This document shows, piece after piece, positions 49,566-59,057 of a stretch of DNA of 64,000 bases (positions within the stretch are counted from its first letter, which is position 1; each line of letters begins with the position of its first letter). Below the pieces are notes generated by a model that saw only the letters and a list, made by a program, of their open reading frames with translations, did no database searches and was not told the origin of the DNA. A program made the position numbers and the translations under genes. Location of the stretch: sequence record NZ_CP067423.1; one strand, given 5' to 3'. Origin of the DNA: a plasmid.

Positions 49566-51165
49566 TATCCTGCTCCCACACCCCCGCCGTGCCGATGATC
49601 GTATCGATCTCATTACTCAGCTCAGCGCGCACTTTCTGCACCGACCGAATGAGCTCGCCCTGACGCTTCCAGACAGATTCGTGCGCCTTCTTTTCCTTTA
49701 CCTGGATGTCGAGCAGGTCGTCCGTGTGAGTGTCGATCCGGGCAATCAGATCGGTACAGCGCTCCGAGGTAATGAAGTCATAGAGCGCAGCCGTCTTCTG
49801 GGTCTTCTCCTCACCGCTCATGCGCAGAATATGGGTCTGCACGATGTGGTGGCGGATCAGCTGAACCAGAGCGACAACGCGGGCAGGATTGGCTAGCAGA
49901 ACGCCATCCTGATGGTGCAGCTGCCGCGCGCCGGCGGGAAACTTGCTCGTCGAAAGAATGGCATGTTCCGCCTTGGCTGCCATTTGGTCGGTTGCAAGCT
50001 TGCTGACGAAGTCGTTGCGCCATGCGCCATGGTTCTTCGAGTCGTAGATGATGGTGCCGCACTCCTTGCCGTTGTGAATGACGACATGGATAATGTCGGC
50101 ACCGGGCTGCCCTTTGTTGACGCGGTCGATCCTGTCGCCCTCGAACTCAGCCTTCAGAGCTTCGAACAGATCGACCTCGGCGCCCTCGCCAAGCTCCTCG
50201 TTGGTCTTCTTGTCGAGAGCCCGAGTCAGCTCCGCCACCTTCGCGGACAGCTTGAGCTTTTCCTCAAACGCGAGAGCCTTCTCGGCATTGACGGCCGCAG
50301 TCTGAGCGAGCTCGAGCGCCTCGCGCTGTTCTTGGAGGCGCTGATCCAGCAGGGCTTGATGATCGGCGAGCTGCTTCTCGACCGTAGCCGCTTTGGCTTC
50401 CGCGTTCTTCCTCGCCTCTTCAAGCTCAGTGAGCCTGCTTTGGGCGGCCACAGCGGCAGCCTCAGAAGCTTCCGAACGGATTTCGATCTCGCGCGCCGCT
50501 GCGGACTCTGTCAGCGCCGTGATCTTCGCTTCCGTTTCAGCTGTAATGGTGTCGAGCTGTGCCTTGAGGCTCGTCCCGGCCTCTTCAGCCTTCAGCCTGG
50601 CGGCCTCCGCAGACGCGACCCGCTCGTTGGCCGCCGCTTCAGCGGCGACCTTGGCCTCTGCCCGAATACTGTCCTGCTTCGCAAGGGCCTCCTGCCGGAC
50701 CGCCTCGATAGCGGCGCCGCGCTCCTGCTGTTGCTGGGCAAGCCGCTCCTCGAGAGCGACCCGCATCTGTTCGGCATTCTGCTTTTCGGCCTCCGCTTGC
50801 GTCACGCGGCTCAACAGGAGATCCTGAGCCTCTTTGCTTGCGAGTACCGTCGCCGCGATCGCCTCCTGGGCTGCGGCCTCGGCGGCCTTGCGGCCCTCTT
50901 CGCGGGCGAGGACGGCTTTGGCGGCGCCGTCCTTGTTGGCCTTGTCAACGGCATCGGCCTTCTCGCGGGAAAACTGCTCCTGAAGGCGAGCCGAGAGTTC
51001 CTCCGCAGTTTTCTTCTGCCGCGTCTCGATCCGCGCTTTAATCTCATCCATCTGGTCGTGCGGGATCTGCTGTTCACACAGCGGGCAAACCTCGTCGTGA
51101 TCGTGCAGGAACGACGACGAGGGAACAGGAGTCGCCTTTAGAAGGGGTGATGCTGACGCGGCCAC
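49558..51165 (-). CDS. DUF2130/RmuC-like protein: N-terminal Cys pair, ~330-aa Ala/Glu/Lys-rich coiled coil, C-terminal PD-(D/E)xK-type nuclease-like domain
   Basis: GTG start after GGAGG. N-terminus ...DHDEVCPLCEQQIP.... A long low-complexity heptad-like region follows. The C-terminus ...EGAEVDLFEALKAEFEGDRIDRV..GQPGADIIHVVIHNGKECGTIIYDSKNHG... fits E...D...(P)D...(D/E)xK. Confidence 0.7.
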   Translation of the reverse strand: MAASASPLLKATPVPSSSFLHDHDEVCPLCEQQIPHDQMDEIKARIETRQKKTAEELSARLQEQFSREKADAVDKANKDGAAKAVLAREEGRKAAEAAAQEAIAATVLASKEAQDLLLSRVTQAEAEKQNAEQMRVALEERLAQQQQERGAAIEAVRQEALAKQDSIRAEAKVAAEAAANERVASAEAARLKAEEAGTSLKAQLDTITAETEAKITALTESAAAREIEIRSEASEAAAVAAQSRLTELEEARKNAEAKAATVEKQLADHQALLDQRLQEQREALELAQTAAVNAEKALAFEEKLKLSAKVAELTRALDKKTNEELGEGAEVDLFEALKAEFEGDRIDRVNKGQPGADIIHVVIHNGKECGTIIYDSKNHGAWRNDFVSKLATDQMAAKAEHAILSTSKFPAGARQLHHQDGVLLANPARVVALVQLIRHHIVQTHILRMSGEEKTQKTAALYDFITSERCTDLIARIDTHTDDLLDIQVKEKKAHESVWKRQGELIRSVQKVRAELSNEIDTIIGTAGVWEQDNE

Positions 51166-51282
51166 ATTGACCTCCGGGGTTGCTAGAAACTGGGACCTAT
51201 TTTCTCCTACTTGATCCTGAAGTCAAGTACTGATATTTTGTTGGATGTGGGCTCGCATCAGGCGCGCTCCGGAAAGGCAATC

Positions 51283-51471
51283 ATGACAAAGACTTTCAAG
51301 CCGGGGCATGCTGCCCCGCGTTCTGGACAATACGGGATTCTCGGGCCCCGTGGTGGAGACACCGGCAAAGAGCGCACCGTTACGCGCGGCGAGCCGATGC
51401 CGCCGACGCCGAAGTCCGGCCAGACCTACAAGTTGGTCGATGCGACCCGGAACAAGAGCGGTCGCCCGTGA
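51283..51471 (+). CDS. Small protein (62 aa), YjzC-like
   Basis: MTKTFKPGHAAPRSGQYGILGPRGGDTGKERTVTRGEPMPPTPKSGQTYKLVDATRNKSGRP; followed by a perfect hairpin terminator. Confidence 0.4.
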   Translation: MTKTFKPGHAAPRSGQYGILGPRGGDTGKERTVTRGEPMPPTPKSGQTYKLVDATRNKSGRP

Positions 51472-51479
51472 TCCGAAAA

Positions 51480-51507
51480 GAACGGCGACCTTCTTTGGTC
51501 GCCGTTC
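51480..51507 (+). terminator. Hairpin terminator gaacggcgacc-ttcttt-ggtcgccgttc, between convergent genes
   Basis: 11-bp perfect stem. It overlaps the stop codon of the minus-strand gene ending at 51506. Confidence 0.55.
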
Positions 51508-52155
51508 ATGCTGCCTTCGCCACGCGCGGGTCGAGGTCGAGACCGCAAACCCAGTTCGCCCATGATTTTGCGAAATGGAGGAAGGCTTCCTCAGTCGTCA
51601 CCAGAACGCGATAGGTTTCAGCCTGCTCGCGTTGTTCAGGTGTTTCCTCGTAACGGGACAGGAAGGCCATATAGACCATCCGGTTTCCAGCAATCTCCTG
51701 ACCGTTCTTGTCGAGATAGATGATATTGCCGTGCGCCAAGGCGTTGCGAAGCACGCGAAGAACCTCGCCGGCCTTGCGATTCTCGATGGTGTTCGCATCA
51801 TCGGAAAGTGGATGCCTTCCTTCCTGATCGTGCCAGCCATGCACTTCATCAACGGAATTGACGATGCGCGATTGCCGCCATGCTCCTACGTCCGGCGCAG
51901 ACTGCCAGAACGGCGCCTCAAAGAATTTGGTTTTTTCGAGCGTCTTGAGGCTTTTCACCAGATCGACGTCGCGCTCTCCATCAACCAGGACATGCGATGC
52001 CCGCATACGTTCGTAGGGAATTGTAAGGATCGCCGCTGCCGCCAGCAGACCGAACGAGCCGAGCAAATCGTGCTTGCGCGCAGGTTCTTCCAGCAATTCG
52101 ATCAATTGTAATGCGCGTTGCGGATATTCGATGGCAAATCTGTCCGGTACGCCCA
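51506..52155 (-). CDS. Hypothetical protein with a HEPN-like Rx4H motif (216 aa)
   Basis: Start MGVPDRFAIEYPQRALQLIELL after GGAGGA. The C-terminal third contains ...AGEVLRVLRNALAHGNIIYLDKNG..., an R-x4-H motif flanked by helix-like sequence. It has its own promoter region. Confidence 0.45.
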
Positions 52156-52428
52156 TGTGTCCTCCTAGCCAAATGGCTTGCGATCGTAGCCGCGGAAATT
52201 CGCTAAAGCAGCCGTTCCGTTCCAGGGATCTGATGATCGCTTCTAGCGTCCTGCTCATTCCAGAAAGCGACAGGAACGGCGACATTCTCGGTTCTTGCGA
52301 GACGATCAGCAAGCAGCCGCAACCAATTGGCAAAATAGGGAGGGAAAGAAACCCTCCTCGCGGATCGGCCGCACCGCTGACGCCTGCGCTCAACCGCCTG
52401 GCTCGCGATCCCGGCCGCGTCGTCCTTC

Positions 52429-52451
52429 GCAGGGCTGATTAGCCCCGCTTG
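52429..52451. promoter_or_regulatory. Conserved palindromic motif gcagggctgattagccccgcttg, ~135 bp upstream of the ParB-nuclease gene
   Basis: GGGCT-gatt-AGCCC inverted repeat. A near-identical copy (gcagggctgttagccccgcttg) lies at 56178-56198, upstream of the 56340 gene. Confidence 0.4.
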
Positions 52452-52585
52452 GCTTGCCGGGCAGGGATGCTCGACAGGCAGTTGCACCGGCCCGTCCGCT
52501 CCGCGGGCCGGGGGATGTCTTCAGAAAAGAAGACGGAGAAGGACCCGCGATCGGCGGTGTCCGCAACCCGAAACGGAGCATCCCA

Positions 52586-54307
52586 ATGGAACTGAAGTTT
52601 GTCGATCCGCGCGCGCTCAAGGAGAATCCCGACAAGGCGCGGCGCTCCAAATCGAGCCCGCAGGCGGACGCCCTGTTGCTGGCCACGATCAAGGTTGTCG
52701 GCATCGTGCAGCCGCCTGTCGTCGCCCCCGAGACCGAAGGCGGCAACGGCTTTGTCATCGATGCCGGGCATCGTCGCGTGAAGCAGGCAATCGCGGCGGG
52801 CCTCGAGGAAATCGCCGTGCTGGTGATCGAGCGCGCGGAGGACGGTGGCGCCATGCGATCGCTGGCCGAGACGCTCGCCCATGAGCAGCTCAATCCCGTC
52901 GACCAGTGGCGGGCGATCGAGCGCCTGGTTGCGCTCAACTGGACCGAGGAGGCGATCGCCATCGCGCTGGCATTGCCGGTTCGCCAGATCAAGAAGCTGC
53001 GGCTTCTGGCGAACGTCCTGCCATCAATGCTCGATCAGATGGCCAAGGGCGACATGCCCGATGAGCGCCAGCTTCGCACCATCGCTTCCGCCGCACTCGA
53101 GGATCAGAAAGAGATCTGGAAGAAGCACAAGCCATCCAAGGCCGACCCGCAGGTCTCATGGTGGGCTGTCGCGCAGGGTCTGACCAAGACCCGCATGTTC
53201 GCAAAACATGCCAGTTTCGGGGATGATCTGGCACATGCCTACGGAATCGCCTGGGTCGAGGATCTGTTCGCCCCGGCAGACGAGGACAGCCGTTATACGA
53301 CCGACGTCGACGCCTATCTTGGCGCCCAGCAGGAATGGATGGCCAACAACCTTCCCAAGCGCGGCGTCATCGTCGACGCGGGCCAATGGGGCGACGCCAA
53401 GCTGCCACCGAAGGCCGAGCGAGTTTATGGCAAGGCCGGCAAGTCCGATCATACCGCGATGTATCTCGACCGCGAGGGCAAGGTGCAGACGGTCGCCTAT
53501 CGCATGCCCGAGGCAAAGAAGCCGAAGGGCAAGGGTGATGCAACCGACGCCGCAGGTACAGACACGGGGCTGGTCGCTCCCAAGGCCCGTCCGGACGTGA
53601 CGCGCAAGGGGATCGAGATGATCGGGGACTTCCGCACCGATGCGCTGCACGAGGCGCTCGCCCGCGCGCCAATCGAGGAGGACATGCTGATGGCGCTGCT
53701 CGTTCTCGCCTTCGCGGGCAGGAACGTCTCCGTCGATTCCGGTTCCTCGGGCACGGTCTACGGCCACGCGCGGCTGGAGCGTCATGCAGCCCTTCTTTTC
53801 GGGGAAGACGGCAGGCCCGTATACGATCGTGAGACGCTCAACCAGGTCGCGCGTAAGGTCCTGATCGACGTCCTCTCATGCCGGGAGAACAGGACCAACA
53901 GCGGCATCGTCGCTCGGGTCGCCGGCGATACCGTCGGCGCCGACGGCTTCCTGCCGAACATGGGCACGGACGAGTTCATGTCGTGCCTGTCGCGGCCGGC
54001 GCTGGAGGCGTCCTGCAAGGACACGCCAGTCCTGCCGCGTGCCCGCGTCAAGGACACGCGCGCAGCCCTCGTCGAGCACTTCAAGGAAGGCCACTTCGTC
54101 CATCCCTCGGCCCTGTTCGCGCCCGACGTCGCCGAGCTGACGAGCTGGACGGCCCGGTACGCCGCGCCGGACGAGGCTGACGACGACACCGCGCGGGAAG
54201 TCGATGAGCTCGACGGTGATCAGACCGGGGCGACGGCAAACGAGCATCCGGTCGATGACGGCCACACCGTCGAAGAAACTGAAGCCTGGCGCGTCGCCGC
54301 CGAATAG
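52586..54307 (+). CDS. ParB-like nuclease domain protein (large, ~573 aa; conjugative-element type)
   Basis: MELKFVDPRALKENPDKARRS..., then ...VQPPVVAPE...GFVIDAGHRRVKQAIAAGL..., the ParB N-domain GxRR motif. A long C-terminal extension follows. Confidence 0.8.
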   Translation: MELKFVDPRALKENPDKARRSKSSPQADALLLATIKVVGIVQPPVVAPETEGGNGFVIDAGHRRVKQAIAAGLEEIAVLVIERAEDGGAMRSLAETLAHEQLNPVDQWRAIERLVALNWTEEAIAIALALPVRQIKKLRLLANVLPSMLDQMAKGDMPDERQLRTIASAALEDQKEIWKKHKPSKADPQVSWWAVAQGLTKTRMFAKHASFGDDLAHAYGIAWVEDLFAPADEDSRYTTDVDAYLGAQQEWMANNLPKRGVIVDAGQWGDAKLPPKAERVYGKAGKSDHTAMYLDREGKVQTVAYRMPEAKKPKGKGDATDAAGTDTGLVAPKARPDVTRKGIEMIGDFRTDALHEALARAPIEEDMLMALLVLAFAGRNVSVDSGSSGTVYGHARLERHAALLFGEDGRPVYDRETLNQVARKVLIDVLSCRENRTNSGIVARVAGDTVGADGFLPNMGTDEFMSCLSRPALEASCKDTPVLPRARVKDTRAALVEHFKEGHFVHPSALFAPDVAELTSWTARYAAPDEADDDTAREVDELDGDQTGATANEHPVDDGHTVEETEAWRVAAE

Positions 54308-54336
54308 GCCGCCAATCCACTTCCTCCCAACCCACC

Positions 54337-54374
54337 CCGCCGCCGGCAATCGCGCCGGCGGCGGTTCTGTTTTC
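54337..54374 (+). terminator. Rho-independent terminator after the ParB-nuclease gene
   Basis: ccgccgccggc-aatcgc-gccggcggcgg (11-bp GC stem) followed by ttctgttttc. Confidence 0.7.
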
Positions 54375-54400
54375 ATCAACAGCACCACTGGAGAAACAAT

Positions 54401-54874
54401 ATGTCCGCTCAATTGATCTACGATCTCGTGCCGCTCGGTTCCATCATCCGCTACTCCGACGGCACACCGCGCCCGCCCGAGCGTCATCGCAAGAAACTCT
54501 CGGCATGGGAGAGCGCCAATAGCGGCGGCCGCCTGATCCGCAAGACGCCAGCCCGGCAGACCGGGCAGTATTCGTCGCCCGCGCATTTCACGCTGCATGA
54601 AGGCGATTATGGCAGCGGCGGTGTCATCGTCCTGCGCGTCCACAAGAGCTTTTCGGTCGATTGCGGCTCGAAGTTCGTGGTGATCTCCCGACCCGCACCG
54701 GGCTCGGTCCAGGTCTTCGATCGCGCCGGCGAGGGTGCCGAACTCGTCTATCTCGCCGCCAACCGGCAGGACGCGGAGACCTGGCTGCAATCTCATCGGT
54801 ATCCTAACGCGGTGCTCGAGGACGTATCGGCCGATACCGCGGCGGCCGACGCCGTCGAGGGGAGGGCGGCATGA
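54401..54874 (+). CDS. Hypothetical protein (157 aa)
   Basis: ORF with a GGAGAAA RBS; MSAQLIYDLVPLGSIIRYSDGTPRPPERHRKKLSAWESANSGGRL.... Forms an operon with the two following overlapping ORFs. Confidence 0.5.
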   Translation: MSAQLIYDLVPLGSIIRYSDGTPRPPERHRKKLSAWESANSGGRLIRKTPARQTGQYSSPAHFTLHEGDYGSGGVIVLRVHKSFSVDCGSKFVVISRPAPGSVQVFDRAGEGAELVYLAANRQDAETWLQSHRYPNAVLEDVSADTAAADAVEGRAA

Positions 54875-55503
54875 ACGCGACTGCTCAAACCGAGGCAACG
54901 ATCGACAACACCTCCGGATTCCCGGAGGTGTATTACGGGCGAACGAGCGATGGCCTCTTCGCGGCACTGGTTGGGGAGAACGCTTTTGCGATGATCCCTG
55001 CCTACAATGGCGGACGCTATCTCGGCCATGCATGGAAGCTGCCTCTGCCCATCTCCGAATGGAAACAGTCCAGCTTCTATGGTCACGGCGGGCAGCTCGA
55101 CGGCAAAGCGGCGTTCCGCGCCCGTGTCGAGGAGAACGCCCGACATCAGGCACAATTGCGTAGACTGGCCCGCCGCAGCATCCCGGCTCGGCAAGCAACC
55201 CCATGGGGGCTCTCGGATCATGCCACGCACTATGCCGAAGGCGTCGTCTGCCATTCGACCCCGAGCCATGGCGGGTTCCATCTCGACCCCGACCGCAATG
55301 CCCACATCCATCCCCTTCTGAGAAGCGCCGACGGCTTCTACGAGGAGGATTGCTGCTGGGCGGCCGTTGCGCAGGCCTTTCCCGATCTTTTCACCGATTT
55401 CGAGAAACGTTGCGCCGAAGAGACCATCCGGCACTGGTATCCCGAGGCCTGGCCGCGATCCCTCACGTCCACACCTAAACGATTGCGGGAGGCCGCCTCA
55501 TGA
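54871..55503 (+). CDS. Conserved hypothetical protein (210 aa)
   Basis: Start overlaps the upstream stop (ATGA). ...ATHYAEGVVCHSTPSHGGFHLDPDRNAHIHP.... Confidence 0.5.
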   Translation: MNATAQTEATIDNTSGFPEVYYGRTSDGLFAALVGENAFAMIPAYNGGRYLGHAWKLPLPISEWKQSSFYGHGGQLDGKAAFRARVEENARHQAQLRRLARRSIPARQATPWGLSDHATHYAEGVVCHSTPSHGGFHLDPDRNAHIHPLLRSADGFYEEDCCWAAVAQAFPDLFTDFEKRCAEETIRHWYPEAWPRSLTSTPKRLREAAS

Positions 55504-55886
55504 CGATTGCAGAGCACATCGCCATAATGGCGCGCATGGAAGCTGCCCGCCGGGAGACGCATGCCCATCTCGGGCTGATCGAGCGGCAGATTGCGGCGCG
55601 CGCGGAGCGCCTGATGACCACCTTCCGCGCCAGATCACGCGATTACCGGAAGTCCAGGTCGACATGGAGCCATGCCGACGAGCAGCTCTACCGGGCCACG
55701 CTATCGGAGCTGAACTTTTCCCGTCACCGCGAGGTCGATGGTCTGTCGCGCAAGCTCGCCCGCCAGGATGCGGCGATCGCCGCCTTCCGTCGCCGGCACG
55801 GGTTCTCGGAGGTCGATCCGGAGCTGGATATGGCGGTCCTCCGCGGCCTGATCCTTCGCAGCGCGTCTCCATGCGCGGTTTCGTGA
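55500..55886 (+). CDS. Hypothetical protein (128 aa)
   Basis: Start overlaps the upstream stop. MTIAEHIAIMARMEAARRETHAHLGLIERQIAARAERL.... Confidence 0.45.
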   Translation: MTIAEHIAIMARMEAARRETHAHLGLIERQIAARAERLMTTFRARSRDYRKSRSTWSHADEQLYRATLSELNFSRHREVDGLSRKLARQDAAIAAFRRRHGFSEVDPELDMAVLRGLILRSASPCAVS

Positions 55887-56177
55887 GCCCCGACCTGCGA
55901 TCAGGAGGGCAGCCCTGTCCGAAACCGTGTGGCGGGCTGTGCGGGTAACGGGGCAATATCCGGGTAGGGCCTGCGGCGACTGTCCGGCCGTGATGCCGGC
56001 GAAGCGGATTGATCTGTCGCACTTCCTCGCGCGAGCCAATTCATGGAAACGACCCCGTGCCGGTCTTCCCGGCGGGTTTGCTGCGGTCTGAACCGGCGGC
56101 TGACCCCTTCAAGGCCGCTTTGCGCCGCGATGCGGCCGGAGCCCGCCGGTCTCGACAAGGCTGGCCCGCGTTCCGCG

Positions 56178-56198
56178 CAGGGCTGTTAGCCCCGCTTG
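56178..56198. promoter_or_regulatory. Second copy of the GGGCTg(a)TTAGCCC palindromic motif, ~145 bp upstream of the 56340 gene
   Basis: gcagggctgttagccccgcttg; see 52429-52451. Confidence 0.4.
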
Positions 56199-56339
56199 TC
56201 CGCAAGCCAACCTTGCTCGCCTGGCAGGCCCCGGACCCTGAAGCGTCCAGTTTCCGCCGGTTCTCTTTGACCGCACCCGCAGGGAAGACCGGCACGGGGC
56301 CGGATCGCCCGAAGGGCATCGCTAGAAAGGATTGCTTCA

Positions 56340-56926
56340 TGTCCAGTTCAACCCGCTCCACCAAGACCAAGGCTCGCGTCGTCCAACTCCGCAAGGGCAC
56401 CACCCTCGAAATGGTGCGCCTGTGCTGCCCGGATGCCAACCAGGCCGCACTCATCTCCGAGAGCTTCGGGCTCGCTGTCCTCGACAGCGACGGTATCCGG
56501 GACTTCCACGAGCGCACCCTGATCGAAAGCGCCGACACCCTCTCCGACGGCCTTTCCGAGAAGGCCATGCAGATCCATCTCCAGCGGATCGTCGGTTCCC
56601 ATGTCGGGTCTGCCTACGGGGCGGGGCAGTTCTATTCCAAGGCTGTCACCGAGGCCAAGGACGCGACCGCCCGGCTCGCCAACGACATGCGCGATGAGGA
56701 TCGCGACGGCCCGGTCGGGTTCGACAGCGCCGCCCAGCGCAAGCGTGAGTTCGCCGCCGACATGGGTATCCAGGCCCACGCTCTGCGCATGGCCGCCGAG
56801 GGCGTGGTCGCAGCCTACGAGCACATCGTCGGCGAGAGCTGGAAGCCCTACGAGCGTCAGGCCGAAAATCCCGGCCAGGCCGTCAGCCGGCAGGCCGCCG
56901 ACCTGCAGATGGCCGCTCTCGGATAG
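56340..56926 (+). CDS. Hypothetical protein (195 aa)
   Basis: MSSSTRSTKTKARVVQLRKGTTLEMVRLCCPDANQAALISESFGL...; the longer ORF starts at 56009. Confidence 0.5.
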
Positions 56927-56933
56927 GGGCCGC

Positions 56934-56955
56934 GGGCGGAGCTTCGGCTCCGCCC
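56934..56955. terminator. Bidirectional terminator hairpin gggcggagc-ttcg-gctccgccc between convergent genes
   Basis: 9-bp perfect GC stem with a TTCG tetraloop, 8 bp after the stop at 56926 and upstream of the minus-strand gene ending at 57004. Confidence 0.65.
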
Positions 56956-57003
56956 ATCCTCGGGGGCTCCCACCCTTGGGATCGCCCGCCGTTCGAACGC
57001 CAT

Positions 57004-57327
57004 CTATCCCGAGGAGTATCGTCTCGAGGTTGAGGGACTTATCGAGGCATGGCGGCCGGAAGTGTGGGCCCGTTCGACAGAATCCCGCCTCGGCTGATAG
57101 CCTCGCATCCTCTTAGCTCGCAACAGGTCGAGGAATAGGCTGACCGCATCTAGCTCGTTGTCGAACGAATGCTGGACCGTTCGGCCTCGTGTTCCGATCC
57201 GGCCCCACCGGCGAACGAGGCGGGTCTGGCCGAACAGGGTCTCCTCGATCGACAGCGCGTAGAACCGCGCCATCCTCCGGTCCGGGTCTGTGCGTTCGAC
57301 ATAGAGATGGTATGGCTGCGCGATCAT
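57004..57327 (-). CDS. WGR-domain protein
   Basis: MIAQPYHLYVERTDPDRRMARFYALSIEETLFGQTRLVRRWGRIGTRGRTVQHSF....AKRMRGYQ matches the WGR signature (W-G-R-I-G-x-x-G). Confidence 0.6.
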   Translation of the reverse strand: MIAQPYHLYVERTDPDRRMARFYALSIEETLFGQTRLVRRWGRIGTRGRTVQHSFDNELDAVSLFLDLLRAKRMRGYQPRRDSVERAHTSGRHASISPSTSRRYSSG

Positions 57328-57711
57328 GCTGAGCAGAATCGCGCAGCCGGAATCCGTCGTCCAATGACAGGTTTGAATCACTGGGAAGGGATCGATTTAT
57401 TCCCGTGATAGGTGGCGGGAACTTCAGCAGGTATAGGGCGGCCTTACCCGCGTCCGGCTTGCGCGGGACCGGGAGACGGAGGGAAGCAGGAAGACGCATG
57501 GCGCGGCCGGCGCAATCGCGGCCGTCACGATTGGTGGTCCTGCTCCGGTCCTCGTTCCGCGAAACGGCGAAGCCGTCCTCCACTGCCGTTCCGGCCCGGC
57601 TGCGACCTCTCTCATTCTTCCGATTCATCCTCCGGGTTCGCGGACCTGCGGTCCTCTCGCGGGCGGACCTCGTGACGGCCGCGATCGGCGCGGCCTCGAA
57701 TGGAGGTTCGA

Positions 57712-58638
57712 ATGATGAACAGGAAAGACAGCAAACCCCGCGTCGACATCTACGCGAAGATCACCGACCGCATCGTCGCGGATCTCGAGAAAGGCGTCCG
57801 CCCATGGGTAAGACCCTGGAGCGAAGCCAACACCGCCGGCCGCATCACGCGACCGCTGCGGCATAATGGAACGCCCTACCAGGGCATCAACATCATCCTG
57901 CTCTGGTCGGAGGCGGTCGCACGCGGCTTCGCTTCGCCCATCTGGATGACGTTCAAGCAAGCGATCGAGCTTGGCGGGCATGTCCGCAAGGGCGAGAGCG
58001 GCTCGACCGTCGTCTATGCCAGCCAATTCACCAAGACCGAAACCGACGAGCGCGGCGATGAGGTCGAGCGCGGTATCCCGTTCCTTAAGGCCTATTCGGT
58101 CTTCAACGTCGACCAGATCGAGGGATTGCCGGACCACTATTACGGTGCGCCGCCGCCGGTGACCGATCCCGTCACGCGCATCGCCCACGCTGATGCGTTT
58201 TTTGACGCGACCGGCGCCAGGGTCGTCTATGGCGGCGCCAAGGCATTCTACGCGCCCTCGTCCGACCACATCCAGCTCCCAGTCTTCGAGAGCTTCCGCG
58301 ACGCGGAATCCTTCGTTGCCGTCAGGGCGCACGAGACCATCCACTGGACAGCTCCGGCCCACCGGGTCAACCGCGATCTCAGCCGCTACCACAAGGATCG
58401 TAGCGAACGCAGTCGCGAGGAGCTGATCGCCGAACTGGGGGCGGTTTTCCTCTGCGCCGATCTCGGCATCGTACCGGAGCTCGAGCCGCGGCCTGACCAC
58501 GCCAGTTACCTCGCGTCCTGGCTCGAGGTGCTCTCCAACGAGAAGCGCTTCATTTTCTCGGCCGCCGCGCACGCTCAACGCGCAGCGACCTACCTGCACG
58601 ATCTTCAGCCGGCGGCCAGGATTGCGGAGGCGGCCTGA
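57712..58638 (+). CDS. ardC: ArdC-like antirestriction protein (N-terminal ssDNA-binding domain plus C-terminal zincin HExxH metalloprotease domain)
   Basis: MMNRKDSKPRVDIYAKITDRIVADLEKGVRPWVRPW... (ArdC-N) and ...AVRAHETIHWTAPAHR... (HExxH). GGAGG RBS. Confidence 0.85.
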   Translation: MMNRKDSKPRVDIYAKITDRIVADLEKGVRPWVRPWSEANTAGRITRPLRHNGTPYQGINIILLWSEAVARGFASPIWMTFKQAIELGGHVRKGESGSTVVYASQFTKTETDERGDEVERGIPFLKAYSVFNVDQIEGLPDHYYGAPPPVTDPVTRIAHADAFFDATGARVVYGGAKAFYAPSSDHIQLPVFESFRDAESFVAVRAHETIHWTAPAHRVNRDLSRYHKDRSERSREELIAELGAVFLCADLGIVPELEPRPDHASYLASWLEVLSNEKRFIFSAAAHAQRAATYLHDLQPAARIAEAA

Positions 58639-59057
58639 TGCCAGGGCCCGACCGTTGCCGTGCGGGAACTCTGCCGCTGGCCGGTCAATGACGGGAGGTC
58701 GGGATGGGGATGGCACCTCTCGCCGCGCGGGGATCCGCAAGGTGATGCCGATGTAGGGACGTCCGTCTTCATTCCGGTTGTTTCTGCTACGGGCACGCCC
58801 AACTGCGTCCTCGATGTGGCTGGTCTGACCGAAGGCCGATCTCGCTGCGCTCGGTCTCGCTCTCATCCCCGCAACGGCTGGTCTCGACTTTCTTCCCCTG
58901 ACGGCTTCGCCGCCATTCCGCGCGGATCAAGAAAGTCTCATCCTGCCGCCCTCCACTGACGTTCCGGCCCGTTGGGTGCCGGTCGATCGCCTCCGGTCTG
59001 TCGACCGCCATCGAGGTCGCGGCGGTCGCGGCCCGAGAAATCAAAGGAATGAGACAA

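Noticed and set aside
49912-51141. 409-aa + ORF
   Set aside because: Antisense to the DUF2130 coiled-coil gene; Leu/Arg/Gly-rich mirror of the Ala/Glu/Lys repeats.
53876-55204. 442-aa minus-strand ORF
   Set aside because: Antisense to the ParB-nuclease and downstream operon; no motifs.
54337-57100. oriT / nick site in the intergenic regions of the backbone
   Set aside because: No convincing IncP/IncQ-type nick motifs next to inverted repeats were seen, and relaxase genes are outside the window, so no call was made.
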